Numbered from the whole stretch's first letter, positions 11,945 to 23,752 are shown. The stretch is 63,361 bases of DNA, filler included, from Basidiobolus ranarum (GCA_040143965.1; 36 parts of 36 records of this genome joined end to end with filler, not necessarily neighbours in it), one strand, 5' to 3'. Numbers and translations are program-made. Notes: generated by a model not told the origin, from the letters alone.

Positions 11945-12291
11945 AGTTAAATTAGGTAAATAGCAACTCACTATTTTCTCAAAACATCTCCAAATCACCT
12001 CAAACTTGCACCCATGCTTAACAAGCATGTTTGTTATGACTTAAGCACATCCAATAGTCCTATTTCATAGTAAACTACAAATAGGACATATTCACTTCAA
12101 TAAAACTCAAGTGTCTAATCTTGTCCAAAACATTTCCAAGTCCCCTAAACACTTTTATCAGGTTATGAGCCCCAAGCCAGCTGTTAAAGGAATGTCTACC
12201 AGTACTATTACCAACGTTTTTGCATCCACAGAGAAGTTTGATGGTGAAGACTTTCATATTTGGAAGTTCAAGATGCAAATGGAGCTAGAAG
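11945..12291 (+). mobile_element. Copia family A internally deleted 5' LTR, PBS (12161-12172) and gag start
   Basis: ...TTTTATCA|GGTTATGAGCCC; MSTSTITNVFASTEKFDGEDFHIWKFKMQM. Confidence 0.85.
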
Positions 12292-12391
12292 NNNNNNNNN
12301 NNNNNNNNNNNNNNNNNNNNNNNNNNNNNNNNNNNTTAATTAATTAANNNNNNNNNNNNNNNNNNNNNNNNNNNNNNNNNNNNNNNNNNNN

Positions 12392-13475
12392 ATAGAGTGC
12401 TTTTTGTAGCTTATACACATCCTCAGATTGCTCAGGATCTGCAAAACATCTGGGTGATCTATGAATATATCCTCTTCTAAGTCCCCATTCAAAAAAGCAG
12501 TTTTAACATCCATTTGATGGATAGTTAAGCTGTGCTCTGCTGCTGCTGCTAGCACAGTTCTGATGGAATTAAACTTTCCTACCAGAGCAAATGTTTCATT
12601 GTAGTCCACTCCTTCTATTTGGGGGCATCCTTTAGCCACAAGTCTGGATTTCTATCTTTCTACAATTCCATCAACTTACTGTTTAACTTTAAACACCCAT
12701 TTGCATGCAATTGATTTTTGGTCAGCAGGTAACTTAATCAAAGTCCAAGTTTGGTCATCTACGAGTGACTCATACTCCTCTGCCATTGCAGCACTCCAAA
12801 ACTTTGTGGTGGGACTCTCCATAGGCTCTTGTACCAATTAGGGTTCATCAGGAAAGGCCTAATTAGCATTAGGCTTCTTTAGGCTAGTTTGAGAGTAGTA
12901 ATTAAGCGGAGATCTCAACTGATTGGATCTCCTAAGAAGAGAAAGTGGCACTACAACTTTTGGTACCAATTTAGACAATGAAACTACCTCAGGCTTTGGT
13001 GAGGAGACTACAGGTGAGGAATTTTCAATGTTTTTCTCACTGATTAGGATCTGGTGAGAAAAAGAAGAATTTTCATCAATATTTGGTTGTTTTTCCTGAT
13101 CTTGGATTGTTTTGATTGAAAATTTTTCTTCTTCAGCAAATTCCACACCCCTTGACTTGATGAGCCTCTTATTTTTAGTGTCATACAGTCTGTACCCTTT
13201 TGTTTCATCACAGTATTTCAAACAAAGACATTTTTGGCTTTTTTGGTTTAATTTTGATCTCTTCTGGTCTGGAATCATTGCATATGTGGTACTTCCATAA
13301 ACTGTGAGATTAGCTACATTGTGGTTTACTTCCAAATCAGGCTTGATAAGGTGTCATAGTCAATGGAGACCTAGAAGGACATCTTTTCTTAAGATATACT
13401 GCAGTTGCAACTAATTCAGCCCAGAACAGTTTTGGTAAATCTTGATCATAAAGCATTGATCTTGCCATTTTGCTG
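12392..13475 (-). mobile_element. Copia integrase C-terminus and RT remnant
   Basis: KRSKLNQKSQKCL..GYRLYD; GVDYNETFA..HQMDVKTAFLNGDLEEDIF. Confidence 0.9.
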
Positions 13476-13555
13476 ATACATTGTTAATCAGATTAGCATA
13501 CAGTAATACTGATGATTTCACACAGAGCATCATTTCACCACAGGTGCGCTCCATT

Positions 13556-14060
13556 CCCTAACAGAAATTTGAGGATTGTTATTGCAGGAAAACCATCACA
13601 ATTTTAAGCCATTTGGGGTTGAGTGTTTACTTACCATCATAAAATTGTCAAGTTAGATTTGATTTTGATCAATTTTTTCAGTTTCAAGAGTGAAATTTCA
13701 AGATCTTGCAAAAAAGTTGTGTATGATTGGCTACAATCTCAGAGAACTATGGATCAACACATGTGCAAAAACATAACCCAAATTTTACACAATTACCACT
13801 TGAATGCTAATTTGTCATCTTTGAAATCCCTAGTCTCTTTGATAGAATCTCCTGAATATTCTTATAGAGTTCTTCATATGCAAGGTTTAGCTCATACCCA
13901 ACACAAGTTTGTACCAATATCTCTATCAAAGCCCACCATTGTATTAACATTGCTGAATCAACATTCTTCCAGCTATCTGGCGGATACCCTGCAATATTGT
14001 GCCACTTTGTATTAAGTTCTTCCCAGATATCTGCATGGTCAACACCAGACTGAATGTCAA
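13556..14060 (-). mobile_element. CACTA-like end A inserted into a transposase fragment (13476-13555)
   Basis: CCCTAACAGAAAT at 13556 abuts the reverse-strand codons for MERTCGEM. Confidence 0.85.
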
Positions 14061-14160
14061 NNNNNNNNNNNNNNNNNNNNNNNNNNNNNNNNNNNNNNNN
14101 NNNNTTAATTAATTAANNNNNNNNNNNNNNNNNNNNNNNNNNNNNNNNNNNNNNNNNNNN

Positions 14161-14320
14161 AGTACCTGAGATCATTCTCAACCCTCTCAGCTCATGGCAA
14201 GGAACAAAGGCTGAGTTTGAAAGTACCCTTCAGAAGTTGGGAGGCTTGTTCCGAGAGAACTTCAAGACTTATGAAGATCAAGCCACTGAGGAAATCTTAG
14301 CTGCTGGTCCAAAGCTTTAG
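14161..14320 (+). CDS. PCK1: Phosphoenolpyruvate carboxykinase (ATP), C-terminal fragment, copy 1
   Basis: Manual translation from 14162: VPEIILNPLSSWQGTKAEFESTLQKLGGLFRENFKTYEDQATEEILAAGPKL*. Matches the fungal PEPCK C-terminus (LNP..W...LF..NFK.Y.D.A...LAAGP). Confidence 0.9.
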
Positions 14321-15043
14321 GACATGTGCCACATACGAATTGTATATAATTAGCTATTTTTCAGTTAGTCCATTTCTAACTCCGCATAGTCTATCTCATT
14401 TTTAAATAAAATCACGTACCCTTATTTATGCGCATCCCACTTTTCAAAACCAGATATTATCTGTAGACTGTTGGACTTGATTAGATTTATTGAAATATGT
14501 GATGCTCCTTGTGATACAGCTATTTGTGAGTAATGCAAGCTTAGTACACTAATTCTCACATTAATCTAAATGAATTGCCTTATTGGTATCTATTAAAACT
14601 TCTAATTTAAAGTTCAGATAGCACGATATCGGCTCAAACAACATCCCAATCTTAAGAAAAGGAAGTAGTTGATCAGTATAGCAAAGTTAACCAGTAGACT
14701 ATATTCTTGCTGTTATTGGAACATCTGATTATGTAATAATAGTGTGAAAACATCCTGGGCCGCGAGGTCAGCACATTATGCATGATTCTTTGTTGATCGC
14801 TTGTAATTTATACAACGCATATTTCGTATAGTAATCTAATTGGCGGCACATGGATGCGTTGTGTGCAGAAAAATAACACATGAATGTTTGGGGATAATTT
14901 ACACGAGTGTTTACTCAGGTTTCCATAATATACACAGGGTCACTGAACAAATATAAGCTTCAAGTATCGCCAATCTACAAATTCAGACTCAAGTCAAGTA
15001 TAGCCTTCATCACTTCAATTTTCCGAATACAACTCAAATCACA

Positions 15044-15247
15044 ATGCAAGTCAAATTCGTCTCCATCGCCTCCATCTTCTCAATCGTACTTTTAGCAAAG
15101 CAGACCAACGCCGGAGTACTTGATATACTTAAAAGCGCTACAAGCACCGGGAATGGAAAAACCTCACCCACAGCAAAACCTATCTCGGTACCTAAACCAA
15201 CTATCAATTTGCCTACCTCGATTCCTATCGTAAAGCAAGGACTTTAA
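15044..15247 (+). CDS. Small putative secreted protein (67 aa, Thr/Pro/Ser-rich)
   Basis: MQVKFVSIASIFSIVLLAKQTNA signal-peptide-like; ACA-ATG context; TATAA near 14952; AATAAA near 15335. Confidence 0.65.
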   Translation: MQVKFVSIASIFSIVLLAKQTNAGVLDILKSATSTGNGKTSPTAKPISVPKPTINLPTSIPIVKQGL

Positions 15248-15668
15248 TGGATTTATAGAGAATGATGATACAATATCTTTGAATATATATATACACCTAG
15301 CTAGTACCTTTACTACTTCGGTCAATGATGATAACAATAAACAATACCCTTATATAACTGAGTTTTATTCTAATTTATGATCAGATAATCAGACTTCCAC
15401 CAAATCTTGACGATAGTTCAAATCACTTAGGAAACTGATTCCAATAAACGTGCCGATTGATACATTAGACTAAGCTTATTAAATATGAATATATTCGGGA
15501 ATCCCTTTTTTGAACTTTTTGTAAAAATTAGAAAGTAACAAATTCAATTTTATCTTTTATTTCCTTTACTAATATATAGATACTGAAAATTCATTGAGTA
15601 TACAGGAGATGCAATTGTGTGATAGAAACAGTTGGTGCAAGAGGCACATGGTAATCTTGGTCAAATCT

Positions 15669-15828
15669 TTATACATGAGGGCCAGCTGCAAGAATTTCCT
15701 CAGTGGCCTGATCTTCGTAAGTCTTGAAGTTCTCTCGGAACAAGCCTCCCAACTTCTGAAGGGTACTTTCAAACTCAGCCTTTGTTCCTTGCCATGAGCT
15801 GAGAGGGTTGAGAATGATCTCAGGTACT
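15669..15828 (-). CDS. PCK1: Phosphoenolpyruvate carboxykinase (ATP), C-terminal fragment, copy 2
   Basis: Reverse complement encodes VPEIILNPLSSWQG...ATEEILAAGPHV*; inverted copy of 14161-14320. Confidence 0.9.
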
Positions 15829-15928
15829 NNNNNNNNNNNNNNNNNNNNNNNNNNNNNNNNNNNNNNNNNNNNTTAATTAATTAANNNNNNNNNNNNNNNN
15901 NNNNNNNNNNNNNNNNNNNNNNNNNNNN

Positions 15929-16268
15929 ATAATATACTTAATAGGGAATATACTGTGGCAAGTTTAAGAGTTGGGGTGTTGGGGACTACAAGGACCAATA
16001 CAAAGAGGGATGCTATTAGGATGATGTAAGGATGATCAGGTGACCTTCCATGGAAGGTCTTGGCTGAAAACCACTATGTGTGGGATGACATGATTGGTTA
16101 GGATTCCTGAAATGTTCCAAAGAACATGACTTCCATATAAGGTAATCTAGATGAACTAACACAAGATTGCCAAGAAGGGAAGGCACAGCAGATATGATGT
16201 CATAATCTAATAAGAGAGGAGTTCTATTTGCAGTAGATTGGTATGCCAAGATCAGAATCATGATGACA
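15929..16268 (+). repeat. LTR family E, right part
   Basis: Ends TGACA before Copia sequence resumes; inverted copy at 51985-52362. Confidence 0.65.
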
Positions 16269-17596
16269 AGTCCCAAAATTGGGCCTATGCCTGCACAGCT
16301 CCAATACATGAATCCCAGACTGTAAAAGAGGCCTTGAATGGCCCGCACACAAAATTTAGGAGGTCTGCAATGGCTGATGAGTACTGGGCTTTGTCTGGTA
16401 ATCAAAGATGGATTTTAAATGACTTACCTGATGATAGAAAATCATTTGGCAACTGATAGGTATTTAAAGTTAAATACAACTCTAATGGTAGTACAGAAAG
16501 GTACAAGGCAAGACTAGTAGCCAAGGGCTATTCCTAATTACCAGGAATAGATTATACAGAAACTTTTGCTTCAGTAGCTGATTTAATTTAATTTGATTGA
16601 TTTTAGTAATTTCAGCTAAGTATCAACTTAATATACATCAAATGGATGTTAAAGCTGCTTTTATGAATGGTGAGCTTTCTGAAGAGATCTATATGGACCA
16701 GCCAGATGGATTTGTGGACTTAAAAAATCCTAAAGAAGTTTGCAGACTCCAGAAAACACTCTATGGCTTAGAACAATCTCCAAGAGCTTGGAATAGCAAG
16801 TTGATGCTTTTTTGGAAGCACTAAAACTCCAAAAAAGTTATGCTAACTATAGCATCTACTTCAGGCCAGATAGGACAAACCCAGTTTCATTAGCCTTATA
16901 TGAAAATGATCTTGTTATAGCAACAAACAACTTGAAGTGTTAGGAGAAAACCAAATCCAGCTTATCTACCAAATTCAAAATGACCGATCTTGGTGAACTG
17001 ACATACCATCTTGGAGTCCAAATTAAAATAGAAAGAACTACCAAAATAATAGCTTTAAAGCAATCTAAGCATATCCTAGATATATTAAGGAAATTTGGAA
17101 TGCAAGAATGTATTCCAGTATCTGCCCCAATGGAAACAAATCTTAACTTGACCAAAATGGCTCAAATCAGACATTCTTGGATTCAAATGAAAGCCAGAAA
17201 TTTCCTTATCAATCTATGGCTAGTATTTTAATGTACATTTTGGTTGGAACATGGCCAGATATTGCATATTCTGAGGGAGTTATGTGCCATTATCTTCACA
17301 ATTATGGATATGCTCAAATCATAGTAGCTTAGCAGATTTCTAGATATTTAAAAGGTACTGTGGATCTGTGCTTAAAATACACATATTCTGGATCAAACTT
17401 TGATCTGATGGGATATTTAGATGAAAATTGGGGAAGAACCAATAAAGAATGGAGATCTATAACAGGATATTCATTTCTTGGCTGTAATGAAGCTATTTCT
17501 TGGAATTCCAAGAAACAACCTGCTGTAGCACTTTCAGCAACAGAAGCTGGAAATATGGCTGCCTGTGAAGCAACAAAAGAAGCAATATGGTTAAGA
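16269..17596 (+). mobile_element. Copia family B RT/RNase H remnant
   Basis: [41 protein letters not shown]. Confidence 0.92.
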
Positions 17597-17696
17597 NNNN
17601 NNNNNNNNNNNNNNNNNNNNNNNNNNNNNNNNNNNNNNNNTTAATTAATTAANNNNNNNNNNNNNNNNNNNNNNNNNNNNNNNNNNNNNNNNNNNN

Positions 17697-17795
17697 GACA
17701 AGATCAATCTTGTTGAATTGATGATGGACTGGTTGGATGCTCCTGAGAACTTGGTCAAGCAAGCTGAAGCATCTGCTGCTCTTAACCGCTCCTAA
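17697..17795 (+). CDS. PDC1: Pyruvate decarboxylase, C-terminal fragment
   Basis: Manual translation DKINLVELMMDWLDAPENLVKQAEASAALNRS*; matches the fungal PDC end (KI.LIE.M....DAP.NLV.QA..TAA.N). Confidence 0.8.
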   Translation, partial: DKINLVELMMDWLDAPENLVKQAEASAALNRS

Positions 17796-19464
17796 TCTTC
17801 TAACTTTGCTGTATAACTTCTAGAATGTAATATATAAATATCTTCGCCAATAAATCGACAAATCGAATCATGAGTACATTTGAAGTCACCTCACAATAGT
17901 AGTGGTACATATTTGCCAAATAGTAGAGTTGTAAGGATCTTCCAAATGCTTCTAATTACAAATTCCGGATATGATATACACAACATCCACAACGATTTAT
18001 TCAAAAATTCTTGATTATCTTTTCCAACTATACATATACCATGTGCTTCAGCGCATTAGTGAGTATTAACTCTAACTGAATAGTACAGTAGGAGAGCCTT
18101 GTAAAAACTGAGTATAATATTCCCATTTGCATTCAATTGTGAATTCACATAAATATTTGAAAGCTAAACAAAAGGAAATTCAGGGCAATCGCAAGTTTCC
18201 AATATTGCTCAACTACGAACACGATAGCCGCGCTTTAACAAGGTGGGCTATTACTAAGTCCCCGATAATCCAACTATGTACCTTCAGTAGATAGATGGAA
18301 GGATATCCCACAAAGAATTTGGCATGTCTGATATGTTTTTGGCCATAGAAAAGGAAATACTGATGTAGCTGGTCATCAGCACTGACACGTGCTTAGGGTT
18401 AGGTTTTGGGAATCCTTGGCAGTAAATTATGCTTAATGAAAGAGTAATGATGAAGATCGATAAAAGCATATACAAAATAAAAAGTTGAGTGAAATCTGTA
18501 GAATACGAATCTACTAGAGATTGGGAAGATTTCTAGTATGATAGCTGATAATCTTTAAATCAGTGCGTTTTGAGCAGAAATTGAAAAAGATCCAGTATCT
18601 TTGAATTCATAGCGTCTATCGGCATAAGTAAAGTGCTTGTTGTACATAAACATCAGAGTCTAAACACCAAGTATGCATTCTCCACCTGCTTGTCCGGTTG
18701 ACCAAGAAGTACGGCTGTATCATTTAATATGTGAAGGCTTAGGTCAGTGTAGTTTTGGAAACTTAGAAAACACTCGAGAAAAAATGATAATGTGCAAATT
18801 CTACTCGTTTCAAAAATAAATTTCATGTTTGTGTTTTAGTACATTATTTAGGGCATGATTCTTCTAGTCAAGGGGCAACTGATTAAGTGAAGGAGAATCT
18901 GGGTGATGCAGCTCCCCAAGGTAAAATAAGAGCAGGGGATTACAGATGCAATCCTTCAAGTTCTGAAGTGAATTCTTTGATAGAAACACTCTTTAGTTGA
19001 ATTTTTGACCAATTGACTATTAACATCATACTTTGTGTTATCTTGCTATTTTGCATGACTCATTCTATGATTACATTAATGAGATATTTACTACCTATAC
19101 TTCGTTTCTAGGGTAAGAAAAGTTACAACTTCTCCTTCAATAGTAATGTTTTGATAATTCTGGTATCCATGAGGTTCTTCGTTATATAGGATATATTTTG
19201 AAGCCTATATTTCTACGCAAATTGATCAAATTTCTTGGTTTTAGAAATGCAGCAATTCCGCTATATCTCATCATTTATTACCTGATGACAAATCTGCTAT
19301 AGTTAGCTACAAAACATAGTTTAAACACATTTCAGAGCTTTACACTAAGCCAGTTTAGGATATCNNNNNNNNNNNNNNNNNNNNNNNNNNNNNNNNNNNN
19401 NNNNNNNNTTAATTAATTAANNNNNNNNNNNNNNNNNNNNNNNNNNNNNNNNNNNNNNNNNNNN

Positions 19465-19741
19465 GGATTTGCAAACTTTTACCAATGATTTGTCAAGAAC
19501 TACTCCAAAATATCTGCTCCATTGACAAACCTTACAAAGAAAGAACTCCTATTTGATTGGAACCCACCTTGACAACCAGCATTTGTAACTTTAAAAAGTG
19601 CTTTTATCTCAGCACCAATCCTGGCACATCCCAAGCTAGACAAGCCATTTATTGTTGAAACTTATGCATCTAACATTGCTCTAGAAGCAGTACAATCACA
19701 GTTTGATGATGACAACTTTCCACACCCTGTTGCCTTTTACC
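19465..19741 (+). mobile_element. Ty3/Gypsy RT thumb/RNase H remnant
   Basis: GFANFY..FVKNYSKISAPLTNLTKK...AFISAPILAHP...FIVET.AS...HPVAFY. Confidence 0.9.
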
Positions 19742-21131
19742 TGGTTGCATGGTAAAATTAAGCTTTTTTGCCAGTATATCTGACACTGGAAATGCAGATC
19801 ATTCTAAAGGTGCAAGAATTTGGTAAGTGGGAGAGTAGAGCCTAAACTCACTGGCTCTTTGCGTTTCCTTCAGGTTTACTAGCTTTCTGCTCCTGGAGTA
19901 CTTCTTCAGCTGCTTTTCTTTTTTTACAAGTCAATAATAGTGTACATTTTTGAGATGTTTCATGAATACGCCTATACCAGCCCTATTGCCATTTGCTTGC
20001 AAAAACCCAAGATAAGCCACATGAACAAAGTCAAGAACCTTGAAAGTAATGCCTGGTTTTTGTTTTTGCCACAATTGGCTCAAATCCAGGTGGTTTTGGG
20101 CAAGATTCCACACAGTTTCCAAAATGGTAAACCAATCTTGATCAGAGTAAGTGACCACAGTTCTGACATCCAAAGTCTTTTATTTTGCTAGTTTTTGTAT
20201 GATATTTCTACTATCATATACCCAAGTAATTTCAGGTTCTTGTGCTGGCTTAATGGTCCAACACATATTCTGCTCTGCTAGATTGTCACACTAATGTTCA
20301 TATGTATGGTGTGGGATTGATTGAAATCCCATATGCAAATGGACAGAGGGAGCATCATGTTACTGTAGCTCAAGTACAGCATTCCGAAGGTCTGAAATCA
20401 TTGTTGAGTGACTCTCTAACTGTTGACTAGTTGCTTCTAAATGCTGCATTAATTGCAGTATTGTGGTGTTATTACTTATCATGGCCTGGATAGCAACTTT
20501 GTAGTTTTTACTTTTGATCACATACAAATCATTACAGTGTTCTGCCTGCAATTACCTTGTTGTAATAATTCTATCTAAATTTTCAGCAGAGGGTGGGTCA
20601 ATAGTGGACAAAGTAGCCATTTTGGAAGTTGATGGTCTTGATTGTTTTTGGTTGAACTTTGATCAACTATTGACTAAGTATGTAATTGGGTGATTACAAT
20701 CACATCATGTGCACTATTGCTGAAAAGGAACACATACAGTAAATTGATTAATGCTTTGTCTTTACTTGAGTTAGTTTCTGGTATGTTAATGCCTTCCAAA
20801 GTGGATAGTGGATCACTAAACTGCTCATCATTTAAGTCTTCCGCTCTTGATAGTTTTTTTCCTTTTGTGTTTTTTATTAGATTTTGAATGCTTTTTAAAT
20901 GGCATTGAACTTCTCAGATGGTAAGCTTGGTGTAATGAGATTGCTTAACAACAGCTAATAAAAAACCAAAATTGCCATCCATTACCAGAAATATCTTGTA
21001 AATCCCCTGAGGACTCATTTGTTACACCATCTCAGAATCAGCTGATGATATTGATGGGCTATACCCAAAATACCACCCTTATGTAGGGGGTGTTCTTTTT
21101 TCCACAATATCCTTGTCATGCTACAATACAA
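19742..21131 (-). mobile_element. CACTA-like element: ORF1 3' region, spacer and ORF2 5' half
   Basis: 20966-21131 overlaps 29150-29310. Candidate ORF2 start near 20905 (MPFKKHSKSNKKHKRKK), then homologous to 56452-57570. Confidence 0.8.
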
Positions 21132-21231
21132 NNNNNNNNNNNNNNNNNNNNNNNNNNNNNNNNNNNNNNNNNNNNTTAATTAATTAANNNNNNNNNNNNN
21201 NNNNNNNNNNNNNNNNNNNNNNNNNNNNNNN

Positions 21232-21339
21232 AATCCAATCTAACTTCACAAATACATGATAGTAAGTAAACAGCCAATCCAAAATGGATTAAAATTGTAA
21301 TGATTTTCTTACAATAACAATCCTCAAATTCTGTCAGGG
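21232..21339 (+). mobile_element. CACTA-like end A inserted into Copia RT (21340-21685)
   Basis: Ends TCCTCAAATTCTGTCAGGG, followed by degenerate Copia RT (NGDI.E.I.LEQ..G). Confidence 0.75.
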
Positions 21340-21689
21340 GAACTGATGCATTTTAAGGTAGCATATCCTAATGGAGATATTGTTGAAGGTATATGCCTGG
21401 AGCAACTACAGGGATATATTGTAAAAGGAAATGAACATCAAGTATGTAGGCTATAAAGAAGTCTATATGGTGCCAAGCTGGCTCCTTGTCAATGGAATAC
21501 TAATATCATTCCAATCATCATCAAAAACCTTTTACATAAATAGTAAAGCTGATGACTGCAAATACTCCAAGACTATCAAAGACACCAAAGTTTTCATTGC
21601 CCTCATTATTAATGATGTCTTAATTGCTAGTAAGTGCCCAAAAGTGATAACACAAACCAAGACCTGGCTATCTACCAAGTTTCCACATT

Positions 21690-22530
21690 TATGCCTTTGG
21701 ACTTTTCAAAATTTTCTTCCAGCATTTTTACAAATTTCTTATGTCCTTGTAGCATGACACTATTCAGTGTGCTTTGTGATGTTTGGGCAGCTTTTTATAT
21801 ACCTTTGAGTTTGGGGCTAATTTCAACACTTTGAGAAGCACCTGTGGAGGTTGGAGAGCTACAACTTTTATTTGCTGGTGGATTAGCTTGTTAAGGTGCA
21901 AGGTGTTGGATAAACATCTGGCTTTGTGATTCTTCCAACTAAAATTCTTGGTTAAATGGTAAAATCATGCCTTTTTGTTGGTACGTATGCTGGTATATTT
22001 GACTAACAGAGTACATGTTCCTGTAATGATGTGCAGAATTTGGTAGGTGGAAATGTGAAGCCAATAATCACTGGCTCCTTTATTTTTCCCTTGTGTTTGC
22101 TATCTTCCTGCTCCTTGAGCAAGTTCTTAGCTACTTATTTTTGTTTCCAAGTCATTAATTGTATACATTATTCAGATGTGACATTAACTGGCTTATATTA
22201 ACACAATTGCCATTTGCTTGCAAATACCCTTGATATGCCATGTGAAATAAGTCGAGAACCTTCTGAATAGTGCCTGGTCTTTAGTTTCTTCATAATTGGC
22301 TGCAATTGTGACTGTGGGCAAGATTCCACACAGTTTCAGATGCTATAAGTCATGCATCATCAGAGGAAATGACAGTAATGCTGACATTCCTGGTGCTTTG
22401 GTTGGCTGGTTTTCCTAAGGGACTTTTACTCTCCTGTGCCAATACCATTTTGGGTTGTGGGCTAGGCTTAATGATCCAGAACATATTTTGTTCTGCTAGA
22501 GTGTCACAGTGTAGTTGTTATAGGACATAA
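21690..22530 (-). mobile_element. Divergent CACTA ORF2 remnant
   Basis: Homologous to 57020-57830 with many substitutions. Confidence 0.7.
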
Positions 22531-22683
22531 GCAGCAATTATTACTTCAATATTTTAAGGGTCATGTGAGGTGTCCAAAGGGTGCAATTACCAGGGTGAAT
22601 AACTCTCAGATGTGCCATAATATATCCTCTGAGACATTATTGCACATTGAAATGACAATGTATGCTATATTCATAGCGTATTA

Positions 22684-22898
22684 AGATTTTGTAATTGGAT
22701 ATGAAAACTATTACAAGTTTGAAGAATATAGACTGAATCTATGCCAGTATTCAATACATTCCCTGCTGCATCTTTGACAATGCTTAGAGATTATAGGCAC
22801 ATGCTATACATTCTGGGAGTTCCTAATGGAGCACACCTGTTGTAAAATGATGCTCCATGTGAAATTGTCAGTATTACCATATGCTAATCTGATTGATA
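22684..22898 (+). mobile_element. CACTA transposase DUF4218 fragment
   Basis: HL..CLE.IG...WEFLMEHTC region, homologous to 26048-26265. Confidence 0.75.
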
Positions 22899-22998
22899 NN
22901 NNNNNNNNNNNNNNNNNNNNNNNNNNNNNNNNNNNNNNNNNNTTAATTAATTAANNNNNNNNNNNNNNNNNNNNNNNNNNNNNNNNNNNNNNNNNNNN

Positions 22999-23740
22999 CT
23001 GCTGATATTCACCAGGCTTTGTACAGCTGGTGGCTTTATACAGTGGCCGTGCTTGTGATTATTTTTTCTATGAAGCCTCCGGCTGTCTTAGTACAAGAAT
23101 TTCTGGCAATAATTGCAGAGCTTCTTTACAAGGATGAATAAAAATTGTAAAAGTACTTAAGGAGCATTTTCAAAAGTATACATGGATAAATGCAGCGCAA
23201 GTATGCGGAAAGTGGCTTCAGAAGAAGAAAGTTCAACTTGACATTCAGTCTGGTGTTGATTGTGCAGACATCTGTGAAGAACTTGATACACAGTGGCATA
23301 ATATTGCAGCATATCCACCAGATAGCTGGAAAAATGTTGATTCAGCAATGTTAATACAATGGTGGGCTTTGATGGAGATATTGATACAAACTCATGTTGG
23401 GTATGAGCTAAACCTTGGCTATGAAGAACTCTATAAGAACATTCAGGAGAATAGATCAAAGAATCTAGGTGTTTCAAAGGTGACAAATTAGCATTGAAGT
23501 GGTAAATGTGTAAAATTGAGTTATGTTTTTTGCACATGCATTGTTCCATAGTTTGCTGAGATTGTAGTCAATCTTGTGTAACTATTTTGCAAGATCTTGA
23601 AATTTCACTCCCAAAACTGAAACATTGATTAGAATCAAATTTAACTTGACAATCATATGATAGTAAGTAAATGGTCAGTCCCAAATGGATAAAAGTTGCA
23701 ATGGTCTCCTACAATCACCATTCTCAAATTTCTGCTAGGG
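22999..23740 (+). mobile_element. Internally deleted CACTA element, 3' part ending at end A
   Basis: ORF1 3' piece joined to ORF2 3' end; terminus TTTCTGCTAGGG at 23740. Confidence 0.8.
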
Positions 23741-23752
23741 TATGCTCTATAC

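Noticed and set aside
11830..11945. GC-richer patch that might be a SINE or structured RNA (similar patch at 18850-18960)
   Set aside because: No A/B boxes, cloverleaf or second copy recognisable in this window
13623..14015. Recurrent 'HYHLNANLSPLKSLVSLIYSPE...' ORF family (also 23157, 51339, 52608, 53831)
   Set aside because: Antisense frame of the CACTA ORF2 3' end and subterminal DNA; starts and stops vary between copies
15569..15797. ORF-track 67-aa ORFs on both strands
   Set aside because: Off-frame or antisense readings of PEPCK copy 2
18393..18403. TTAGGGTTAGG telomere-like motif (similar at 56112-56120)
   Set aside because: Fewer than two full units and internal; compatible with chance
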